Shown: piece by piece, positions 58,564 through 64,000 of the stretch
Numbering within the stretch: position 1 is the first letter of the stretch
Layout: each line of letters starts with the position of its first letter
DNA from: Pseudomonadota bacterium
GTDB taxonomy: Bacteria > Pseudomonadota > Gammaproteobacteria > Burkholderiales > Burkholderiaceae_E
Assembly: GCA_963204785.1 (NCBI GenBank)
Contig: CAUJHG010000045.1
Span: forward strand, 36,185 to 100,184
Length of the DNA: 64,000 nucleotides
Direction: 5' to 3'
Position numbers and translations under genes: made by a program
The notes under the pieces: model-generated
Told to the model about the DNA's origin: nothing
The model's input: only the letters and a program-made list of their open reading frames with translations
The model's database searches: none

Positions 58564-60600
58564 ATGTCAGCTGCCGCTTCCGGTCCGCCCGCGCCCGGGA
58601 ACCTCGCCTTCGACGAGGCCGGACGACCCTGGAGCCCGCGTTACCGCGACGTCTATCGCAGCCGGGCTGGCGCCTTCGAGGAGGCCCGCACGGTCTTCGT
58701 GGACGGCTGCCGGCTCGTGCAGGGCTGGCGCTCGCGCCAGCGCTTCACAGTGGTCGAACTGGGCTTCGGCCTCGGGGTGAACTTCCTGGCCACCCTCGCG
58801 GCCTGGCGGGCCGACCCGCAGCGTTCGCAGCGGCTGGACTTCGTGTCGATCGAGGCGCATCCGCTTTCCCGCAGCGAGCTGGCCCGCGCCCACGAGGCGA
58901 TCGGCGCGACGGGGGCGGATGCCGAGGCGCTGCGCGCGCACTGGCCGCTGGCCCTGCCTGGCCTGCATCGGCTGCGCCTTGCCGATGGGTGCGTCACCCT
59001 GACCCTTGCGATCGGCGACGCCGCGTCGCTGGCAGCACGGCTGCCGGTGGCCGCGGACGCCTTCTTCCTGGATGGCTTCTCGCCGGCGCGCAATCCTGCG
59101 ATGTGGAGTCCGGGGCTGATGAAATCGCTTGCCCGGCTCGCGCGCCCGCAGGCCACGCTGTCGACCTACACGGCAGCCGGCGCGGTGCGCGATGCGCTCG
59201 CGCTGGCCGGCTTCCAGCTCGCGCTCGTGCCCGGCTTCGGCGGCAAGCGCGAGCGCATCGAGGCGATCTACGCGCCGCGTTGGCGCACCCATCCGGCGCC
59301 GCCTGCCCCGCCTGCCTGGCCGTGGCGCGAGGCGATCGTGATCGGGGCGGGGCTGGCCGGAACCGCAACCGCATCGGCGCTCGCGCGCCGCGGCTGGCGG
59401 GTCGCGCTGCTCGAGCGGCGCTCCGCGGTCTGCGCCGAGGGCTCGGCGCAGCCGCTGGTCGCCGACCACCTGCACCTCGCGCCGGACGACAACCCGCTCG
59501 CCCGGCTCTCGCGCGCGGCGCTCCTCCTGCAGACGGCCCGCTACCCCGGGCAGGCACCGATCGGCAAGCTGCAGGTGGCCGACACCGACGCCGAGTTCCA
59601 GCGGCAGCGCGCCAGCCTCGCTTCGCTCGCCTTCCCCGCGGAGTTCGCCAGCGTCCTCGAGGCCGACGCCGCCTCCGATCTGGCGGGAGTCCGCGTGCGG
59701 CGCGGTGGGCTGTGGCTGCCGCTGTGCGGCGCGGTCGACCCGCTCGAGCGCTGCCGGGGCCTGCTGGATTTGCCGCCCCCCGCGCCCGCCAACCCGGGGC
59801 CACGCGAGGCCGGGGCCTGCGCAGGCGACGCCCGCCTGCCCTCCCCGGCGCCTGCGCCCGATGCCGGCGGCGGCGATGGCTCGATCGCATGGCGGCCGCG
59901 CAGCGAGGTCCTGCGACTCGAGCGCTGCGGCGAACTCTGGCAGGCGCTGGGCGCCGACGGCCGCGTGCTCGCAGCCGCGCCGGTGGTGGTGCTCGCCAAC
60001 GCGGGCGAGGCGATGCGCCTGGCCGCACAGAGCGCGCACGCGCTGCGCCGCGTGCGAGGGCAGACCACGCTGCTGCCCGCGCAGATGCTTGGCGGGCTGC
60101 GCACCGTGCTCGGCGGCGACGCCTACGCCTGTCCGATGCCTGACGGCGGCGTGCTGGTCGGATCGACCTTCGACGACGGCGATTCGCTCGTCCCGGATCC
60201 CGAGGCCGATCGCAGCAACCTGCGGCGACTCGCGCGCATGCTCGCCCCTGCCGTCGTCGATCCCGAAACGGCGCTGCTGCAGGCCCGGGCGGGCGTCTGC
60301 GGCTTCCGCTTCACTGCGCGCGACCGCCTGCCGCTGATCGGCCCGCTTCCCGACGAGGCGGCGACCCGTGCGTGCGCCGCCGAACTCGGGCGCAACGACC
60401 GGCTGCCGCTGCCGCTGATGCCCGGCGTCTACGGCGCCTTCGCGTTCGGGGCGCGCGGGCTGCTCTGGAGCACGCTCGCCGCGGAGATCCTCGCTGCGAC
60501 GATCGACGGCGACGCGCCGCCGGTCGAGACCGATCTGCTGGCCGCGCTCGCGCCCGCGCGTTTCCTGAAGCAGCAATTGCGACGCCGGCAGCTGCGCTGA
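58564..60600 (+). CDS. mnmC: Bifunctional tRNA mnm5s2U34 biosynthesis protein
   Basis: ELGFGLGVNF, FLDGFSPARNPAMW, GFGGKRE; FAD domain GAGLAG, RGQTT, DRLPLIG, GARGL. Confidence 0.9.
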   Translation: MSAAASGPPAPGNLAFDEAGRPWSPRYRDVYRSRAGAFEEARTVFVDGCRLVQGWRSRQRFTVVELGFGLGVNFLATLAAWRADPQRSQRLDFVSIEAHPLSRSELARAHEAIGATGADAEALRAHWPLALPGLHRLRLADGCVTLTLAIGDAASLAARLPVAADAFFLDGFSPARNPAMWSPGLMKSLARLARPQATLSTYTAAGAVRDALALAGFQLALVPGFGGKRERIEAIYAPRWRTHPAPPAPPAWPWREAIVIGAGLAGTATASALARRGWRVALLERRSAVCAEGSAQPLVADHLHLAPDDNPLARLSRAALLLQTARYPGQAPIGKLQVADTDAEFQRQRASLASLAFPAEFASVLEADAASDLAGVRVRRGGLWLPLCGAVDPLERCRGLLDLPPPAPANPGPREAGACAGDARLPSPAPAPDAGGGDGSIAWRPRSEVLRLERCGELWQALGADGRVLAAAPVVVLANAGEAMRLAAQSAHALRRVRGQTTLLPAQMLGGLRTVLGGDAYACPMPDGGVLVGSTFDDGDSLVPDPEADRSNLRRLARMLAPAVVDPETALLQARAGVCGFRFTARDRLPLIGPLPDEAATRACAAELGRNDRLPLPLMPGVYGAFAFGARGLLWSTLAAEILAATIDGDAPPVETDLLAALAPARFLKQQLRRRQLR

Positions 60601-60712
60601 ATGCCGCTCGCCCATGGCGAACCGCTAGACTCGCACATCGGCTGCGGCCGCGCACTTTCCCGCCCGATCACCGCCGGCCCGCCCGCCCCCAACCTGGAAG
60701 CTGGACAGCACC

Positions 60713-61096
60713 ATGCCCGAGAAACCCGCCCGGATCCGCTACGACTGCTCGAAGTGCCCCGGCTACTGCTGCAGCTATCCGCGCATCGAGGTCAAGGAGG
60801 CCGACCTGCGCCGCCTCGCCCGCCACTTCTCGCTCACTCCCGAGGAGGCGGGGCGCAGGTTCACCCGCTGGTACGAGTCCGACGAGGGCCGCGAACGCAT
60901 CCTGCGCCACAACAAGGACGAGATCTACGGCAGCATCTGCCGCTTCTTCGACCGCAAGGCGCGCCGCTGCACCGTCTACGCTGCGCGCCCGGACGTGTGT
61001 CGCGACTACCCGAACGGCACGCGATGCGGGTACTACGACTTCGTCAGCTTCGAGCGCAAGCACCAGGATGATCCGGAGTTCATTCCCTTGAGCTGA
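60713..61096 (+). CDS. YkgJ / CxxCxxCC cysteine-cluster protein
   Basis: CSKCPGYCC, CRFFD, CTVYAARPDVCRDYP. Confidence 0.85.
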   Translation: MPEKPARIRYDCSKCPGYCCSYPRIEVKEADLRRLARHFSLTPEEAGRRFTRWYESDEGRERILRHNKDEIYGSICRFFDRKARRCTVYAARPDVCRDYPNGTRCGYYDFVSFERKHQDDPEFIPLS

Positions 61097-61207
61097 TCCG
61101 GGGCGCGGGCTGCACTGCGAGCAGGGGCGCGTACCCAGGGACGATGGCGCGCGAGCGCACTTCCACCATGTCGTCGCCGGGCGTCCGCGCCAGCGTGACC
61201 CTGATCT

Positions 61208-62689
61208 TCAACCGCGCCCGACGCGCTTCGGCCAGAGGCCGGCGATCAGGATCAGCACCGATGCCACCGCGAAGCCGGTGGAGATTCCGCTGCGCAGGAA
61301 GATGCTGGGATCGCCGTCGGAGATCGCCAGCGCCTGGCGCACCGAACGCTCGAAGATCGGCCCGAGCACGAAGGCGAGGATGACGATCCCAAGATCGAAG
61401 CCGGTGCGCCGCAGCCACCAGCCGACGAAGCCGAAGATCACCGCGACCAGCACGTCGGCGGGGTTGCCGCTGGACGAGTAGACCCCGATCAGGCAGATCA
61501 CCAGGATCAGCGGCGCCAGGTAGGCCCTCGGGATCAGCAGGATCTTCACGAACAGCCCGATCAGCGGCAGGTTCAGCACCAGCAGCATGAGGTTGCCGAC
61601 GTACATGCTGGCCACCACGCCCCAGAACACCTCCGGCTGTTGCTCCAGGATCATCGGCCCGGGCGTCACTCCGTGGATCATGAACGCGCCCAGCAGCAGC
61701 GCGGTGACCGCGTTGGCCGGGATGCCCATGGTGAGCAGCGGAACGAAGGCGCCCGAGGTCCCCGAGTTGTTCGCCGATTCCGGGCCGGCGAGCCCCTCGA
61801 CCGCCCCCTTGCCGAACTCCTCGGGGTTCCTGGACAGCTTCCGCTCGACCGCATACGACAGGAAGGACGCGATCACCGCGCCACCCCCAGGCAGCAGGCC
61901 GATCAGGAAACCGAGCACCGTGCCGCGTGCCACGGGCGCCACCGAGCGACGTGCTTCCTCACGGTTCGGCATGAAGCCGAGCCAGCCCTTTGGCGGCGCC
62001 ACCATGTCCACCTTGTCGGGATCGCGCGAAGCGAGGAACAGCACCTCGGACAGCCCGAAGAGGCCGATCGCCAGCGGCACCAGGTTGAATCCGTCGCCCA
62101 GCGTGAGCAGCCCGAAGGTCATCCGCATGGTCATGTTCATCGGGTCGCTGCCCACGCTGCCCAGCAGCAGGCCGAAACCCGCCATCAGCAGCGCACGCCA
62201 CAGGGAGCCTCCGGACATGTAGGTGACCATCGACAGGCCTGCGAGCATCAGCATCGCGTACTCGGCCGGCCCGAAGGCGAAGACCAGCTTCGCGAGCGGG
62301 GGCGACAGGAAGGTCAGCGCCACCACGCCCGCCGTGCCCGCCACGAAGGAGCCGATCGCGGCGATCGCCAGCGCCGCTCCTGCCCTGCCCTTGCGCGCCA
62401 TCTCGTAGCCGTCGAGGCAGGTGACCACCGACGACGCCTCGCCGGGGATGCGCATCAGCACCGAGGTCACGGTGCCGCCATAGGCGACTCCGTAGTAGAT
62501 GCCGGAGAGCATGATGATTGCCGAGGTCACGCCCATCTTGAACGTGATCGGCAGGAGGATCGCGATCGTCGTCAGCGGCCCGAGCCCGGGGAGGATTCCC
62601 ACCACCGTACCGAGCAGTGCGCCGATGAAGCAGTACAGCAGATTGGCGGGGGTCAGCACGACCGCAAAGCCGCCGAGCAGTGCTTCCAT
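61208..62689 (-). CDS. tctA: Tripartite tricarboxylate transporter large permease
   Basis: GILPGLG, YGGTVTSVL..IPG, GPESANN, LTMGIP. Confidence 0.92.
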   Translation of the reverse strand: MEALLGGFAVVLTPANLLYCFIGALLGTVVGILPGLGPLTTIAILLPITFKMGVTSAIIMLSGIYYGVAYGGTVTSVLMRIPGEASSVVTCLDGYEMARKGRAGAALAIAAIGSFVAGTAGVVALTFLSPPLAKLVFAFGPAEYAMLMLAGLSMVTYMSGGSLWRALLMAGFGLLLGSVGSDPMNMTMRMTFGLLTLGDGFNLVPLAIGLFGLSEVLFLASRDPDKVDMVAPPKGWLGFMPNREEARRSVAPVARGTVLGFLIGLLPGGGAVIASFLSYAVERKLSRNPEEFGKGAVEGLAGPESANNSGTSGAFVPLLTMGIPANAVTALLLGAFMIHGVTPGPMILEQQPEVFWGVVASMYVGNLMLLVLNLPLIGLFVKILLIPRAYLAPLILVICLIGVYSSSGNPADVLVAVIFGFVGWWLRRTGFDLGIVILAFVLGPIFERSVRQALAISDGDPSIFLRSGISTGFAVASVLILIAGLWPKRVGRG

Positions 62690-62736
62690 GGGGGATCAGG
62701 GCCTCTGCAGGGGTCCGGCGCGCGGGCGGCTCCGGC

Positions 62737-63231
62737 TCAGCGCACCAGCGAGTGGAAAAAGCGCTCGACCGGCCCTTCGGGGAGATCCACCCGGAGCAGC
62801 CAGCCGAACAGCACCAGGCAGACCAGGACCACGACCAGGCCGAAGCCGATCGACGCGAACCAGGATCGGCGTTCGGCCACGCGCATCACGAGCACCGTGG
62901 TCAGCAGCGCGGTGGGGGCGAACCCGGCGCTCATCGCGCCGCCCGCCATCACCAGCAGGGCCAGCGAGTAGACCGCGAAGCTGCGCACCGTGACGACCGC
63001 CCCTTCGTCGCCGGCATCGCCCTCCCCGTCCTCGCCCTCGTTCGGCTGGCCGGGCCAGATCGCGACTACGAGCGCGAGCACGATGCAGACCACCGCCATC
63101 ATCTGCGGGAAGAAGCCCGCGTCCGGCCCGTCGAAACCCCAGCGATCGAGCGCAAGCGCCTGCCACAGCGCGATCGCTGCGACCGCGGCGAGGCCGAGCG
63201 CAGTTGCCCGGCTTGCGCTGCGCGGGGTCAT
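62737..63231 (-). CDS. tctB: Tripartite tricarboxylate transporter small permease
   Basis: GPDAGFFP, 4 TM segments, LFGWLLRVDLPEG; located between tctC and tctA. Confidence 0.85.
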   Translation of the reverse strand: MTPRSASRATALGLAAVAAIALWQALALDRWGFDGPDAGFFPQMMAVVCIVLALVVAIWPGQPNEGEDGEGDAGDEGAVVTVRSFAVYSLALLVMAGGAMSAGFAPTALLTTVLVMRVAERRSWFASIGFGLVVVLVCLVLFGWLLRVDLPEGPVERFFHSLVR

Positions 63232-63998
63232 GCCGTCTTCTTCAGCATCCCGGTTTCGCGCAGGATCGGCAGCAACTGGGCTTCCAGGTCCTTCAGGAAG
63301 GCCCTGTAGGCGGCGCCGTCGCGATAGGTGGCCATGATGCCGAGCTTCTCGATGCCGTCGAGGATCGTCCGGTCCTTCATGCAATCGGCCAGCGCGGCTT
63401 CCATCGTCTTCAGGGTGCCCTTGTCGACTCCCGCGGGAAAGGCATAGCCGAACGGTCCGTGGGTGACCGCCTCGTAGCCTTCCTCGCGCAGGGTCTTGAC
63501 CTCCGGGTAGTACGGCCAGCGCTCGACCGCCGCTGCCGCCAGGAAGCGCAGCTTGCCGGCGTCGATCTGCGGCCGCATCTCTGCGGCCGACTGGATCACC
63601 GCGTCCACGTGGTCGCCGACCGCCGCGGTGACCGCCTCCACCCCGCCGCTGAAGCGCACCCAGCGGAAGCTTCCGCCGGTGACCTTCGCGAGCTGGTACA
63701 TCCCGACCACGTTGGTGACGTTGTTCGACGAATAGGTGACCGTCCGCTTGCGGCTCTCCGCGACCAGGTCCTGGATCGTCCTGATCGGTGAGTCCACCCC
63801 GACGCCGATCCCGTAGCGCAGCATCGCGACCTGGCCGATGAAGTCGAAGGCCTCCCAGGGCTTGTACTTCACGTCCATCATGCTCGGGACGGTGATCTGG
63901 CTGGAGATCGCCACCAGACCCATCGTGTAGCCGTCGGGCGCCGCTGCGGCGAGCGTCGATGGGCCGAGGGCACCGGCCCCGCCGACCACGTTCTTGAC
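63228..63998 (-). CDS. tctC: Tripartite tricarboxylate transporter binding protein (5' partial)
   Basis: VKNVVGGAG, PDGYT, FSGGVEAVTAAVGDHVD; runs off the window end. Confidence 0.85.
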   Translation of the reverse strand, partial: VKNVVGGAGALGPSTLAAAAPDGYTMGLVAISSQITVPSMMDVKYKPWEAFDFIGQVAMLRYGIGVGVDSPIRTIQDLVAESRKRTVTYSSNNVTNVVGMYQLAKVTGGSFRWVRFSGGVEAVTAAVGDHVDAVIQSAAEMRPQIDAGKLRFLAAAAVERWPYYPEVKTLREEGYEAVTHGPFGYAFPAGVDKGTLKTMEAALADCMKDRTILDGIEKLGIMATYRDGAAYRAFLKDLEAQLLPILRETGMLKKTA

Positions 63999-64000
63999 GA

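Noticed and set aside
1-64000. CRISPR array, tRNA/rRNA, IS elements
   Set aside because: No regularly spaced repeat-spacer units, RNA-gene signatures, transposase motifs or terminal inverted repeats were recognised by eye; a tool-based scan is still advisable.

Overview
Very GC-rich (roughly 70% by eye) chromosomal DNA, most likely from a Burkholderiales betaproteobacterium. This is inferred from tatD next to an ankyrin gene, Bug/TctC binding proteins, a betaproteobacterial-type dif and gshA. A 28-bp XerCD dif site at 4507-4534 marks the window as the replication terminus region. About 50 CDSs are present, mostly accessory fatty-acyl/aromatic CoA catabolism and transport: enoyl-CoA hydratases, SDRs, an acyl-CoA dehydrogenase pair, a CoA transferase, a CoA ligase, Liv-like ABC, Bug/Tct and MFS transporters. 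Housekeeping-type genes include tatD, gshA, mnmC and nsrR. Most notable: (1) a stand-alone 2024-aa protein 1.7 kb from dif that fuses two intact lipase-type alpha/beta-hydrolase domains, a macro-like domain, a CHAT caspase-like protease and a TPR-like tail, a candidate one-gene conflict/defence system; (2) a tightly coupled 10.6-kb run of SbcD-like nuclease, SMC-like ATPase, P-type ATPase, SpmAB, a Cys-cluster AraC regulator and an orphan nuoB; (3) NsrR with two tandem boxes in front of a lone DUF2249 micro-protein; (4) a type VI-like sulfide:quinone oxidoreductase; (5) an SDR whose catalytic Lys codon is TAG; (6) helically phased repeats beside dif. No tRNA, rRNA, CRISPR array, transposase or integrase was recognised. 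All calls come from motif reading without database searches.
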